Assembly: GCA_965227775.1 (NCBI GenBank)
Contig: OZ245777.1
Span: 3,168,001 to 3,232,000, forward strand
Reading direction: 5' to 3'
Source of the DNA: Phycisphaerales bacterium
GTDB taxonomy: Bacteria; Planctomycetota; Phycisphaerae; Phycisphaerales; UBA1924
DNA: 64,000 nucleotides
Under the pieces are notes generated by a model. That model searched no databases, was not told the DNA's origin, and worked only from the letters and a program-made list of their open reading frames with translations. Below, in pieces: positions 49,181-59,749 of this stretch. How positions within the stretch are numbered: the first letter of the stretch is position 1; each line of letters begins with the position of its first letter. The translations under genes were made by a program, and so were the position numbers.

Positions 49181-49632
49181 GTGCGATCTCCTGGCACCAT
49201 GCGATACGAGCGCACGATGCCGGTCTTGGTTGAATTTCGGATTGAGATGGGATGGAGTGCGCGCAGCGTGGGCACGAAGGTCGCGAGGATCGCTAGAAGA
49301 GGGAAAGACCCGTGCCGTTGAGTTCGGCCTGGCTCGCGTCGCGGCGGTCGCATCGCGGCGAGTGTTGGATGGGCTGGAGCGGCATCATCGGGCGGATGAA
49401 GTGCCGTGGGCTTGGATTTCTTCCCGGCTCGCTCAGTTCTTGTGGTGTCGAGATTGCGACGCCTGCGCACGCGCCACACCTTGTCGCACCGAAGCCGCTC
49501 GCCCCGTTGGTCTGGCTGATAACTCACGCCTTCTGCCCGGCACAGGCCGCACGCACGGAAGCACCTGCGCAGGTGACCTGGGTGCGAGCTTCGCTGCAGG
49601 ATCACCGGGCTGGATGCCCCGATTTAGCGATC

Positions 49633-50952
49633 GTGGTGCCGGAACTCCAAGCTACTGAAGCCATCGGCCTGAGCATCTCCTTGCTCGCCCTGGGCTGTCT
49701 GATCCCCTTGATCTGGCGGAGCCGGCAGTTGGCGGCGTGGCTGGGCTTGCTGTCTTCGTCCGTGGGCGTCTTTCTGCTCGCGCTGGCCGGAATCATCTAT
49801 GGCTCGGCGACATGGGGTGACTCGCTCTCGTTGCCGGGTAATATGGCGGTCTCGAGGGTCATCGAGGCACTGGGCGTTCTGACAGCGGTCGCGGGCCTGG
49901 TTGCGTTGACGTTCATCGCGGACGGTGCGCGACGCCGCAAGCAGTCTGAGCAGGCGCTCGTTGACATCGATCTCGGGCTCGCCATGTCGGGCAAGAGCTT
50001 GTCGGTGCTGCTCGACTCGACCGCCGATGCGCTGATCGTGGCGCACGGGCTGGATGACGACTCGCTTCCCTCGGCAATCGAGTTCGTTCGGGTTTCTGAG
50101 CATGCGCGGGGCTCGCTTGTGTGCGAGCTGCGGCACGCAGAGTCTCTGGACGACCTCGCGCCGGACTCCCTGCGGGAGTGCGTCCATGGCGCGGTTCGTG
50201 AAGCCGCTTCGACAGGTGTGCCGGCCCGGCGATCGAGCGATACTGGACGGGATACCGCCCACTTCGAGGCCTGGGCGTTCGTGTCTGGCCGCACCGCACT
50301 GATCCGAGTCAGCGATGTCACGTCTCGGATCATGCTCGAGGAAGAGTTGCGTTCGTTCGCGTACACGGACGTCTTGACCGGGCTGGCGAATCGACGGAAG
50401 TTCGAGGCGTATGCCCGCAGGCTGGAACGTTCGGCGGAAGACGCTCCGGCGATCGCTCTGGCATACCTCGACCTGAATGGGTTCAAGGAGGTCAACGACG
50501 CCCACGGCCACAAGCGGGGGGATGCCGTCCTCGTGGAATTCGCCGAGCGCTTGTCGAGCGCCGTGGGCACTGCCTTCGAGGGCGTGGAGCCGGCGCCGCT
50601 GGCGGCGAGGCTCGGGGGTGACGAATTCGTTGTGCTGCTGGTCGATCAAAACCCGTCAGAGATCGAAGCGTTTGCGACGAGCCTGTACGACGTTCTCGCG
50701 GAGCCCTACGGACCGGTCGATCACGCCGTCCACTGCCCGGCGAGCATCGGCGTCGTTGGTGTCACGGGTACGCTCGAGTCGCTCGATGAGCTCCTGCAGC
50801 ACGCGGATGCGGCGATGTACGCTGCGAAGTTCTCGCAGGGCAAGAGCCTTGTGATCCGGCTTGACGCTGGGACGGATGCAGACGACCTCCGGCGGCGTCG
50901 CAAGTCAGATTGGCATCTCAACTCGAATTCGACATCGGAGCGGAGGGCGTAG
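49633..50952 (+). CDS. Membrane-anchored diguanylate cyclase (TM helices, degenerate PAS-like region, GGDEF)
   Basis: TDVLTGLANRR, YLDLNGFKEVNDAHGHKRGD, RLGGDEF and ADAAMYAAK. Start uncertain. Confidence 0.9.
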   Translation: MVPELQATEAIGLSISLLALGCLIPLIWRSRQLAAWLGLLSSSVGVFLLALAGIIYGSATWGDSLSLPGNMAVSRVIEALGVLTAVAGLVALTFIADGARRRKQSEQALVDIDLGLAMSGKSLSVLLDSTADALIVAHGLDDDSLPSAIEFVRVSEHARGSLVCELRHAESLDDLAPDSLRECVHGAVREAASTGVPARRSSDTGRDTAHFEAWAFVSGRTALIRVSDVTSRIMLEEELRSFAYTDVLTGLANRRKFEAYARRLERSAEDAPAIALAYLDLNGFKEVNDAHGHKRGDAVLVEFAERLSSAVGTAFEGVEPAPLAARLGGDEFVVLLVDQNPSEIEAFATSLYDVLAEPYGPVDHAVHCPASIGVVGVTGTLESLDELLQHADAAMYAAKFSQGKSLVIRLDAGTDADDLRRRRKSDWHLNSNSTSERRA

Positions 50953-53057
50953 TGCGCGATGCTTCGACCGATCATCGGGGAGATGATGCGCCGCGTCGTG
51001 CAAGTGACGACGCGGTCCTGTCGAACGCGATTCGCGTCGCCAAGGCAATCGGTGCGCTCTGGGAGTGCTCGGCACTTTATGAACCGGGTCACCCGTCGTT
51101 CGAGTCTGCCCTGAAGGAGTGCAGCGAGGCGACCGGCCGCATTGCCCAACCTCTGATCTTCCGGGTGCACGAGTCTGGTCTTGCGGTAGACGATGACGAC
51201 GGACAGCGCTACGCCAAGAGCTTCGCTTCAAGGCTTCGGTCGCGGAGCATCGTCGGGATCTCATTCCACCGATCGCTGTCGGCTGACGTGCTGATCGAGT
51301 TAATGGGCGTACTCGGTTGCAAGGACCTGACCCCGCCAGAAGCCATCGAGAAGATCTTCGCCAGCACTGGTGGCGCTGTTCGTGCGTTCCAGCCTTCGGA
51401 GCAGACCTCGGCGGCATCACGCGGCGATGAAGACACGGGTCTCTCCGGTGAGGACCGCGAGATCTCATTCGGGAGCTCTCGGGCGAGCTTGCCGTCATCG
51501 CTCCCAGCTGAGGTTGAGGAAATCGTCGGCCGGCTGCAATCATGCGATGGAGAGGCATCACTTCAGGATGGTGAGCGTGGCCCGGCCGATGCGATGCAGT
51601 GGTTTCAGCAGCAGTTCGCGCAGCTCGAGGGTGCGCACCAGCGCCAGTTGCTGGAGGCGCTCTCGTCGCGCGAGTCGCTCAGCTTCGAGCACGCCGCGTT
51701 CGCGCTTTCCCAGATGCCGCTGACGAACCTGACCGACGCGATGGCGGTGCTCGCCCGCAAGGACTCGCAGGTAAGCGAGACTTCGCTCCTGCTGCTTCGC
51801 CGCATGGCCGACCTCGCCGTTGGCTCGGCGACGGATCTTCGCTCGCTCGCATCGATCGCCGCGGAGTGGGCGGACAAGGGAACGGCCCGGACTCCGGAGC
51901 AGGAGAAGATCGCTCGCGTCTCGGCGGAGATTCTGGGGCGACAGTCTGAGGGCGAGTTTCGCTCGGAGTCGTACTCGACGCTGCTGAACCGCATGATCGA
52001 GGACACTCCGGCGCCGAAGACGTCGGTCGCGATGCGGCTTGAGGACGAACAGTCTTCACTGCCTGCCGTGGCCACCGAGATTATCTGCGATCTCGCGGAG
52101 TCTCCGCCCGACAACGACATCGACGTGAGCAACCTGTACGAGGTGCTCACCCAGCGTGCGGCTCGACTCGCGTCGGATGGCCGTTTCGATACGCTCCAGC
52201 GGATCATCAAACTGGCGACCGCTACCTCGCGCAAGGCCGCGACTCAGGAGCAGCGCAAGGCAGCGCACGCCCTTCTTGAGATCGCAAACAAGGAACACTG
52301 GCTCGCGGACGCGCTCGCGCGATGCCCCAGCGCGATCATCCTGACCGAGCAACTCGACCTGCACCGTGAGCGAGGCGGTGATGCGATCGACCTGCTGCTC
52401 GAAGTGGCGCGACGCACGCAGTCGTCCGGAGCCCGGGCCGCGGTGATTGAAGCTTCGAGGCGGGTGCCCTCGAGCGACCTCGTCGATCGGTGCATCCTGG
52501 CGGCGGATGCCGACCCAACCGATGCGGTTCGGCTGGCATTCCTGGTCGCCGAACACGACGCCGAACAGCTGCCAACGCTGCTGCGGAGCGCGCTGCTTGG
52601 GAGCGATGCGAATAGCCGTGAGCACGCGTTTCGGCTGATGGAACGGCTCGGTGGCGCCTGGCCCAGAGCGTTGATCATCCGGGCATTGAGTGATGACGAT
52701 GCCGAGATCCGGCTGATTGGCGCACAGGCCGCGATGCCGCATCACGCTGCCTTGCTTGTCGAGCGGCTGCGCGGCGACGTGGGTGTCTTTGCGCCCAATC
52801 TCGAGGAATCTCGGCAGCTTGCCCGGATTCTGGATCAGGATCGCTCGGATGATCTGACCAATGACATCGCCCGGAGCGCGCTGCGCCGGTTTGCGTTCAG
52901 CCTCAGGTCGGATCACTTGAGCTGCCTGGTCTATGTCCTGTCGCGAAGGCCCGAGACCAGGCTCTCGAGGCTCACGCTCCAGGCGGCGCGGCTGCGTGTT
53001 GGGTCACGAGCGCCGGATCGCAGCCCGACCGCCCAGCCCATGAGGAGTGCCGCGTGA
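50952..53057 (+). CDS. Large all-helical / HEAT-like repeat protein
   Basis: GTG overlaps the upstream TAG, with a GGAGG RBS. N-terminal LYEPGHP motif and HEAT-like RALSDDDAEIRLIGA. Confidence 0.7.
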   Translation: MRDASTDHRGDDAPRRASDDAVLSNAIRVAKAIGALWECSALYEPGHPSFESALKECSEATGRIAQPLIFRVHESGLAVDDDDGQRYAKSFASRLRSRSIVGISFHRSLSADVLIELMGVLGCKDLTPPEAIEKIFASTGGAVRAFQPSEQTSAASRGDEDTGLSGEDREISFGSSRASLPSSLPAEVEEIVGRLQSCDGEASLQDGERGPADAMQWFQQQFAQLEGAHQRQLLEALSSRESLSFEHAAFALSQMPLTNLTDAMAVLARKDSQVSETSLLLLRRMADLAVGSATDLRSLASIAAEWADKGTARTPEQEKIARVSAEILGRQSEGEFRSESYSTLLNRMIEDTPAPKTSVAMRLEDEQSSLPAVATEIICDLAESPPDNDIDVSNLYEVLTQRAARLASDGRFDTLQRIIKLATATSRKAATQEQRKAAHALLEIANKEHWLADALARCPSAIILTEQLDLHRERGGDAIDLLLEVARRTQSSGARAAVIEASRRVPSSDLVDRCILAADADPTDAVRLAFLVAEHDAEQLPTLLRSALLGSDANSREHAFRLMERLGGAWPRALIIRALSDDDAEIRLIGAQAAMPHHAALLVERLRGDVGVFAPNLEESRQLARILDQDRSDDLTNDIARSALRRFAFSLRSDHLSCLVYVLSRRPETRLSRLTLQAARLRVGSRAPDRSPTAQPMRSAA

Positions 53058-54208
53058 CTTCGATCTCACCCAATCAGGCGATGCGGGCGTTGGTGATGGC
53101 TGAAGAAGCCGAGCGGCTGTACGGGCGTGGGCACACACTCACGAGGCAAGCCGTGGAGCGGGCGATCTCGGACGTCACGGCGGCAACCGCCAGCGCGAGC
53201 ATCTCGCTCAGCTCGGTGCGGACCGGGCTCATCGTCAATCGGATCATCGTGAACGAGCCTTGGGCGGCGAACGCCGCTTTCGCTCGGAAGCTCACGCATG
53301 GCGGGCTGCAGCTTGTCACGTTCGAGCGGGGGCAGACCAAGTCGGACGTTTCGTGGTTGTTGGAGCACGGCGACGGCGATACTTGGACGGCGAGTCCAAC
53401 CAACAGGATCCATCGGAGCATCATCGTGCGGGCGGAGTCGGGCATGTTGCCGGCATCGGTCGCGTCTCCCGCTGGCGCACGCCCGACCGGAGAAGAACTC
53501 GTCGAGGGTGGCGGCGCGTATCAGCTGCAGGAGACGTGGACGTCGCTGCTCGCTGGAGAGCGTCGGATCGGGGACGATGTTGCGCAGCTGGCCGCGCGGA
53601 TGAGCGCGGCCATGCTAGCCAATAGCGACTCGATGGTGCCGCTTGTGGACCTGAAAGCCCACGACGAGTACACATACGTGCACGCCATCAACGTGGGCTT
53701 GATCGCATCGGCTCTGGCGCAGGCAACTGGACTTTCGGGCGACACGCTCCACCAGATTACCGAAGCGGCGCTCCTGCATGATGTCGGGAAGAAGCTGACG
53801 CCGCTCCGGCTGCTGGGCAAGCCCGGCAGGCTGTCGGACGCCGAACGAGCGGTAATGCAGAAGCATCCGTCATCGGGCGCCGCGATGCTGGCGGGCGTGC
53901 GGGGCGTGAACGACCTGGCCGTCGTCGCCGCGTACGAGCACCATATGCGTATCGACGGCAAGGGCTACCCGCACACGCGAGGCGATCGCACGCCATCCTT
54001 GTGCAGCCAGTTGATCCAGATCGCGGATGTGTTCGATGCGCTGCGGAGCGACCGGCCGTATCGGGCTGGACTCTCGAACCAGCAGTGCCTCGAGGTCCTG
54101 GAAGAAGACAGCGGCACGGCGTTTGATCGTGATCTCTTCGAGGTCTTCCGCACTCGAGTGATCCACCGGCTCGAGTCCAATGATGGCTCATCCGAGGCAG
54201 CGGCCTAG
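53054..54208 (+). CDS. HD-GYP phosphodiesterase
   Basis: HDEYTYVHAINV, LLHDVGK, HHMRIDGKGYP and IADVFDALRSDRPYR. GTGA overlap with the upstream gene. Confidence 0.92.
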   Translation: MTSISPNQAMRALVMAEEAERLYGRGHTLTRQAVERAISDVTAATASASISLSSVRTGLIVNRIIVNEPWAANAAFARKLTHGGLQLVTFERGQTKSDVSWLLEHGDGDTWTASPTNRIHRSIIVRAESGMLPASVASPAGARPTGEELVEGGGAYQLQETWTSLLAGERRIGDDVAQLAARMSAAMLANSDSMVPLVDLKAHDEYTYVHAINVGLIASALAQATGLSGDTLHQITEAALLHDVGKKLTPLRLLGKPGRLSDAERAVMQKHPSSGAAMLAGVRGVNDLAVVAAYEHHMRIDGKGYPHTRGDRTPSLCSQLIQIADVFDALRSDRPYRAGLSNQQCLEVLEEDSGTAFDRDLFEVFRTRVIHRLESNDGSSEAAA

Positions 54209-54237
54209 CACGCTGGAGCGCGACCGTTTGCGATCGA

Positions 54238-54927
54238 CTAGACGGGCTCGATCAACGATGCGTCATCGTTGCGGGCGTTACCGACGCGCTTCGACACGGG
54301 CCGGGTTGCGAGTACACCATCGGCGGCCGGACGCAGCAGGCCTTGCACCATGTCCGGTTCTTGAACGTCGGGATCGAGCCATGCCCACACGCTCTCGGGC
54401 TCGAGGATGCAGGGCATCCGGTGATGGAGCTCTGACATTTCGGCATTGGGCGTGGTCGTGAGGATCGAGCAGGATTCGAGCTGGTCCTGCCAACAGTCCC
54501 ACAGGCCGGCGAAGTACAGGACGTGCTCATCGGCGCGGGCGATGTAGTACGGCTGCTTGTTCTTATCGTCGAGCTTCTTCCACTCGTAGAAGCCGCTGAC
54601 GGGGATGACGCATCGGCGGTACTTGAATGGCCCCCGGAAGGATGGCTTCTTTGCCGCGTCCTCGCTGCGGGCGTTAAACATGGGGTACTTGGTGCTCGGC
54701 TCCTTCGACCAGTGTGGCACGAGCCACCATCGCATCGCAGCGGTTTCCAGGATGTGCTCGCTTCCCTTCAACGCACGCAGGACGGGCACGTCGGTCGTGG
54801 GCGCGACGTTGTAGCGAGTGGGGGGATCGGCCATCGCGAGCGCTGCATCGGCCAGGGCGAGGTCGAACGCCTGGAGTTGCTCGTGGATCTGCCGCCAGGT
54901 GAACTTGTACGTGTAGCGTCCGCACAT
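54238..54927 (-). CDS. SRAP-family abasic-site protecting protein (YedK/HMCES-like)
   Basis: N-terminal MCGRY, RYNVAPT, FNARSE, GFYEW and HHRMP. Confidence 0.93.
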   Translation of the reverse strand: MCGRYTYKFTWRQIHEQLQAFDLALADAALAMADPPTRYNVAPTTDVPVLRALKGSEHILETAAMRWWLVPHWSKEPSTKYPMFNARSEDAAKKPSFRGPFKYRRCVIPVSGFYEWKKLDDKNKQPYYIARADEHVLYFAGLWDCWQDQLESCSILTTTPNAEMSELHHRMPCILEPESVWAWLDPDVQEPDMVQGLLRPAADGVLATRPVSKRVGNARNDDASLIEPV

Positions 54928-54950
54928 GCCCAAAGCCTATCGCGTTGGCG

Positions 54951-57900
54951 CTAGTGGAAGTCGCGACTCTTCGCAACAAGCATGTCGAGCCGCTCATCGA
55001 GGCTTTCCAGTCGATGGACGTGCAGGTGGACGACCTCGCCCTTCCGCTCGACGTGGCCGTGGGCCAGCATCACCCGGCTGAGCCTCGCGACGCGGCGGTG
55101 CTGCTCGAACACGTCGCGCCACAGGATCAGGTTGACGATGCCCGTCTCGTCTTCCAGCGTGATGAACACCACGCCCGAGGCCGTGCCCGGCCGCTGACGC
55201 ATGAGCACGAGCCCACCCACCGAAACGTGGCGGCCCTGCGGGCACACACGCTCGTGCCGCAGGTCCGATGCGGGGATGGCTCCCTGCACATCGAGGGACT
55301 CACGGATGAACGAGAGCGGGTGGGCCTTGAGCGACAGCCCGGTGCTCTGGTAGTCTTCCATCACCATGCGATTAACTGGTATCGCTGGCAGCGAGTCGAG
55401 GCCATCGGTGTCGCGCGTGTCGGCATCGCTCACCGCATCGAAGAGCGGCAGCGGATCATCGCACAGTGGCTTGATCTGCCAGAGCGCGCGTTGTCGGTCG
55501 AGCCCCATCGAGCTGAATGCATCGGCCTTGGCGAGTGCCCGCAGGCTGCGGACGCTCACGTTGCTCGCGCGCCACAGCGTCTCGATGTTGGGAAAGGGCC
55601 CGTGCATCGCGACCGCGTCGGCGATTCGATGCGCATCGGCCTCGACGACCCCTTTGGCCAGTCGCATCCCGAGCCGTACTGCTGGTCCGCCGAATCCCCA
55701 CGTGTGCGGCGGCGCATCTCTCCTTTCGCTTTTGTGCCTACTCGCCTCCCCGTCTCCATCCTCCAACGTGCAATCCCACGCGCTGGCATTGACATCGATG
55801 GGTCGCACCTCAACGCCGTGCTCCTTCGCGTCGCGGACGATCTGTGCGGGCTGGTAGAATCCCATCGGCTGGCTGTTGATGAGCGCCGCGCAGAATGCCG
55901 CGGGCTCGTACCGTTTCAGCCAGCACGACACCCATACCAAGATTGCGAAGCTCGCCGCGTGGCTCTCGGGGAAGCCGTACTCGCTGAAGCCGCGGATCTG
56001 CTCGAAGCATCGCTCGGCGAACTCTGGCGGGTAGCCGTTGGCCACCATGCCCTTGATGAGCTTCTGGCCGAAGCGGTAGATCTGGTCTCCCTTGCGCTTC
56101 CACGCGGCCATCGCCTTTCGCAGCGCGTCGGCCTCATCGGGCGTGAAGCCTGCGGCGGCGATTGCCAGTTGCATGGCCTGCTCTTGGAAGAGCGGAACGC
56201 CCAGCGTGCGCTCGAGCACGGCCCGCACCTCTTCGCTCGGATAACTGACGGCCTCGGCGCCCTCGCGTCGGCGCAGGTAGGGGTGGACCATGTTCCCCTG
56301 GATCGGCCCGGGCCTGACGATGGCGACCTCGATTACCAGGTCGTAGAAGCACCGTGGCCTGAGCCGCGGCAGCATCGACATCTGCGCCCGACTCTCGATC
56401 TGGAACACACCCACCGTGTCGGCGTGGCCCATCATGTCGTAGACCGAGGGGTCGGTGGGCTTCGAGGCGATATGGCGGAAGAGGGAGAGGGTGCGGCCAA
56501 AGTCACTGTTGCCATCGGGCCGGGCGGTCAATTCCAAGCTCTTCCTCAAACACGTCAACATCCCGAGCCCCAGGCAATCGACCTTCAACATTCCCATCGC
56601 GTCGATGTCGTCCTTGTCCCACTCGATGACGGTGCGGTCCTCCATCGCCGCGTTCTCGATGGGTACGAGGTCGTGCAGTGGTCCCTCGGTAATGACAAAA
56701 CCGCCGACGTGCTGGGAAAGGTGGCGTGGGAAGCCGATGAGTTGGCGGGTGAGTCGCATGACGTGCGCGATGGTCGGGTCGCTGGGGTCGAAACCGGCCT
56801 CGCGCACGCGTTCCTCTCCGGGATCATCGCCCCAGCGGTCGAGGTTCTTGGCCAGGGCGTCTACGCCGTCGAGCGATAGGCCCATCGCCTTGCCGACCTC
56901 TCGCACGGCGCTGCGGCCGCGATAGGTAATCACCTCGGCGGTGAGCGCGGCGCGGTCGCGTCCGTACTTCTGGTACAGGTACTGGATGACCTCTTCACGA
57001 CGCTCGTGCTCGAAATCGATGTCGATGTCGGGCGGTTCGCCCCGGCTGCGGCTGATGAACCGCTCGAACAGCAGGTTGTGCGTGGCCGGATCGACCTCGG
57101 TAATGCCGAGGCAGTAGCACACCGCGCTATTGGCCGCTCCGCCCCGCCCCTGGCACAGGATGCCCCGCGAGCGCGCAAAGTTCATGATGTCGTAGCACGT
57201 CAGGAAGTATGCCTCGTACCCGAGTTCGGCGATGAGCGCGAGCTCGTGATCGATCGTCGTACGTACGGCTTCGGGAGGCTCGCCACCATACCGCCGCTCG
57301 GCGCCGGCCATCGTTTCCTGGCGTAGGTACGCCGGCGCCGACATGCCGGTCGGGCACGCCTCGGACGGGTACTGGTACCGCAGTTCATCCATGCTGAACG
57401 CTGCGGCCCGGAGAGCGATCTCGGCCGATCGCTCGACCGATCCCGGCAGCGCCCGGAACAGCCGGGCCATCTCGTCGGCGGGCTTGAGGTGTCGCTCGGC
57501 GTTGGGGTGAAGGCGGTAGCCGGCGTTGTCGATCGTGCAGCCGTGGCGGATGCAGGTGAGCACGTCCTGCAAGTCCCGGCGGTCGGCGTCGTGGTAGTGT
57601 GCGTCGTTGACGGCTGCCAGCGGGACTGCGGTCGCGAACGAGAGGGCCGCCAATTGATCGAGCCGATCGGCATCGCCCGGGTGGTAGCTGCGCGATGCTG
57701 CCAGTGAAAGCCGATCGCCGAAGGTGTCGCGCATTCCTCGCAACACCGCGATGAAGTCGTCATCCAGCACGTGCGGCGGCATCGCGACCGCGAGCAATCC
57801 CTGCTGGTGCTCGAGCAGGTCGTGCAGCACGAGGTGGCACTCACCCTTTGGCGCCCGGCGCTTGCCAAGCGTGAGCAACCGGCTCAATCGGCTGTACGCC

Positions 57901-58244
57901 GAGCGATCGGTCGGAAATGCCAGCACGGCAAGCCCATCCTCGAGCACCAGGCGCGAACCGACGGCCAGAGGTATGCCCGACTCCTTCGCCGCGACATGCG
58001 CCCGCACGATGCCAGCGAGCGTGTTGGTGTCGGTGATCGCTGCCGCCGTGTGCCCAAGCTCGGCCGCTCGCTCGACGAACTCTTCGGGGTGGCTCGCGCC
58101 CGCAAGAAACGTGTAGTTCGATGTCACCGCGAGCTCGGCATATGGCACGAACATGCGTGGCGGCGCTAGCGATGGGTCGCCCCGCCGGTGCTGGACCTCG
58201 TGGAATGGGTGCGTCTTGATCTTGGGAAACTCGTTCTCTGGCAT
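54951..58244 (-). CDS. dnaE2: Error-prone DNA polymerase III alpha (DnaE2/ImuC)
   Basis: PHP domain, GRGGAANS, PPDIDIDFE, FPESHAASFA and the C-terminal SRDFH signature. Confidence 0.96.
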   Translation of the reverse strand: MPENEFPKIKTHPFHEVQHRRGDPSLAPPRMFVPYAELAVTSNYTFLAGASHPEEFVERAAELGHTAAAITDTNTLAGIVRAHVAAKESGIPLAVGSRLVLEDGLAVLAFPTDRSAYSRLSRLLTLGKRRAPKGECHLVLHDLLEHQQGLLAVAMPPHVLDDDFIAVLRGMRDTFGDRLSLAASRSYHPGDADRLDQLAALSFATAVPLAAVNDAHYHDADRRDLQDVLTCIRHGCTIDNAGYRLHPNAERHLKPADEMARLFRALPGSVERSAEIALRAAAFSMDELRYQYPSEACPTGMSAPAYLRQETMAGAERRYGGEPPEAVRTTIDHELALIAELGYEAYFLTCYDIMNFARSRGILCQGRGGAANSAVCYCLGITEVDPATHNLLFERFISRSRGEPPDIDIDFEHERREEVIQYLYQKYGRDRAALTAEVITYRGRSAVREVGKAMGLSLDGVDALAKNLDRWGDDPGEERVREAGFDPSDPTIAHVMRLTRQLIGFPRHLSQHVGGFVITEGPLHDLVPIENAAMEDRTVIEWDKDDIDAMGMLKVDCLGLGMLTCLRKSLELTARPDGNSDFGRTLSLFRHIASKPTDPSVYDMMGHADTVGVFQIESRAQMSMLPRLRPRCFYDLVIEVAIVRPGPIQGNMVHPYLRRREGAEAVSYPSEEVRAVLERTLGVPLFQEQAMQLAIAAAGFTPDEADALRKAMAAWKRKGDQIYRFGQKLIKGMVANGYPPEFAERCFEQIRGFSEYGFPESHAASFAILVWVSCWLKRYEPAAFCAALINSQPMGFYQPAQIVRDAKEHGVEVRPIDVNASAWDCTLEDGDGEASRHKSERRDAPPHTWGFGGPAVRLGMRLAKGVVEADAHRIADAVAMHGPFPNIETLWRASNVSVRSLRALAKADAFSSMGLDRQRALWQIKPLCDDPLPLFDAVSDADTRDTDGLDSLPAIPVNRMVMEDYQSTGLSLKAHPLSFIRESLDVQGAIPASDLRHERVCPQGRHVSVGGLVLMRQRPGTASGVVFITLEDETGIVNLILWRDVFEQHRRVARLSRVMLAHGHVERKGEVVHLHVHRLESLDERLDMLVAKSRDFH

Positions 58245-58246
58245 GC

Positions 58247-59749
58247 TCAGACCCACACGCCGTGGACGTACCACCGCCCGGTTTCACGCGATCTTGCGAC
58301 CCACAAGCAGCAGCCGTCCTCGCAGCGCACACGGAAGTAGTCACGCGTTGATCCGTTGCCACGCCACCACTCGCTGCCGAGGCGCTCCGGACCCGCGCAC
58401 GCGATAACCGTGCGGTCTTGTCCCCGCCAATGGATGCGATGCACCGGGCCATCGGGCGTGAGCGCCAGGGCCGCGGTGGGCACGGGTGGATCGAGCAGCG
58501 TGGTCGGACGCTCGCCGGGCGGGCGGACGTTCGCCCATCGCCGCCTGGCCATCGGGGCAACCCACTCGAACGCGCGCTCGGGCAAGTGACTCTCGCGCAG
58601 CTCGGCCCCGCGCACCGTGGATGGGCCAAGCCGCCCCGCCAGCACGTCGATGAATTCGGCGGCATCGGCATCGCGTGCTTCTGGATGCCCGCCCCACTGC
58701 TCGCCCTGTCGTTGGACCATCAGGGCATCGCGAGTCGCCGTGATGGTGACACGCTCGACCCCGAAGCCCAGGTGCACCCGCTCGAGCTTGGGCCGCGCGA
58801 GCACCCACAGGTGCTTCGCGTCGTTCGTGGGCACGCTCGTGGTGATCGTGATCTTCAGGGCATCGAGTTCGTATCGCCCGAGCTCGATGACGAGTCGCCT
58901 TGCTCCGCGACCACGGCCATGCAGTTGCTCGCACAGATCATCCAACAACTCCCGCACGGCTATGGCGATCGCCTCGGTGTTCGTCGTATACCCGTCGAAT
59001 ACCCGCTCGCTTCGACACGGCGCGACTGGCCGCACGGGGTTCAGGGGCTCGATGGCGTGGCCCAACGCACGATCGAGCGCCATGAGGAGTTCGTGCCCGA
59101 ATCTCGATGGCAGCACGCTGCGGGGGATCTGCAGCAGGTGTTCGACCCGGTCGATCGCCAACTCGCCAAGGGCCCCGATCGTGGGTCTGTCGATACCCAG
59201 AGCAGCCATCGGCAGCGGCGCCATCGCGGTACGCTGCTCTCCCGGCGGCACGATCGGGTCATCGCCATACCGCGCCACGGCCCACGCGCAACCGTGCGTA
59301 TCTGCGATAGCGATACGACACCGGATTCCCAGCTTTGCGAGGCCGGCCTGGATCGCTTCGCGCATGCCGACTTCACCGCCGAACAGGTGCGCGCACCCGG
59401 TGATGTCGAGCCATAAGCCGTCCTCGCCGTCGACTTGCACGAGCGGCGAGAACCGCCGCGCCCAGATCGCTAGCGCATGCAAGCGCGCCGCATCGCGCTC
59501 GGGCGTGTGCGTCTCGATGCGCACCAGGCCCGCGGGCAGCACCCCGCGCGCCTGCGCCACCGGCAACCCGGGAACGACACCCATCTCGGCTGCCCGATCG
59601 CAACACGCCGCCACCACGCGGCGCTGCCCATCGGTACGCACGATCAGGACGCACTCAGCCCGAGCGCTGGGCCGACCACCGGCCCGGTCCCGTCGCCGCA
59701 GCAGGTCGATGGGGAACGTCGGCATCCATACTGACAAGGCGCGCGCCAT
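58247..59749 (-). CDS. imuB: ImuB, Y-family polymerase-like scaffold
   Basis: RFSPLV...DGLWLDITGCAHLFGGE, SHLPERA, GPERLGSEWW, RDYFRV and WYVHG. Confidence 0.92.
   Translation of the reverse strand: MARALSVWMPTFPIDLLRRRDRAGGRPSARAECVLIVRTDGQRRVVAACCDRAAEMGVVPGLPVAQARGVLPAGLVRIETHTPERDAARLHALAIWARRFSPLVQVDGEDGLWLDITGCAHLFGGEVGMREAIQAGLAKLGIRCRIAIADTHGCAWAVARYGDDPIVPPGEQRTAMAPLPMAALGIDRPTIGALGELAIDRVEHLLQIPRSVLPSRFGHELLMALDRALGHAIEPLNPVRPVAPCRSERVFDGYTTNTEAIAIAVRELLDDLCEQLHGRGRGARRLVIELGRYELDALKITITTSVPTNDAKHLWVLARPKLERVHLGFGVERVTITATRDALMVQRQGEQWGGHPEARDADAAEFIDVLAGRLGPSTVRGAELRESHLPERAFEWVAPMARRRWANVRPPGERPTTLLDPPVPTAALALTPDGPVHRIHWRGQDRTVIACAGPERLGSEWWRGNGSTRDYFRVRCEDGCCLWVARSRETGRWYVHGVWV

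Noticed and set aside
49177..49605. 142-aa minus-strand ORF and the 5' extension of the GGDEF ORF
   Set aside because: No recognisable motifs or RBS. More likely a divergent promoter region.
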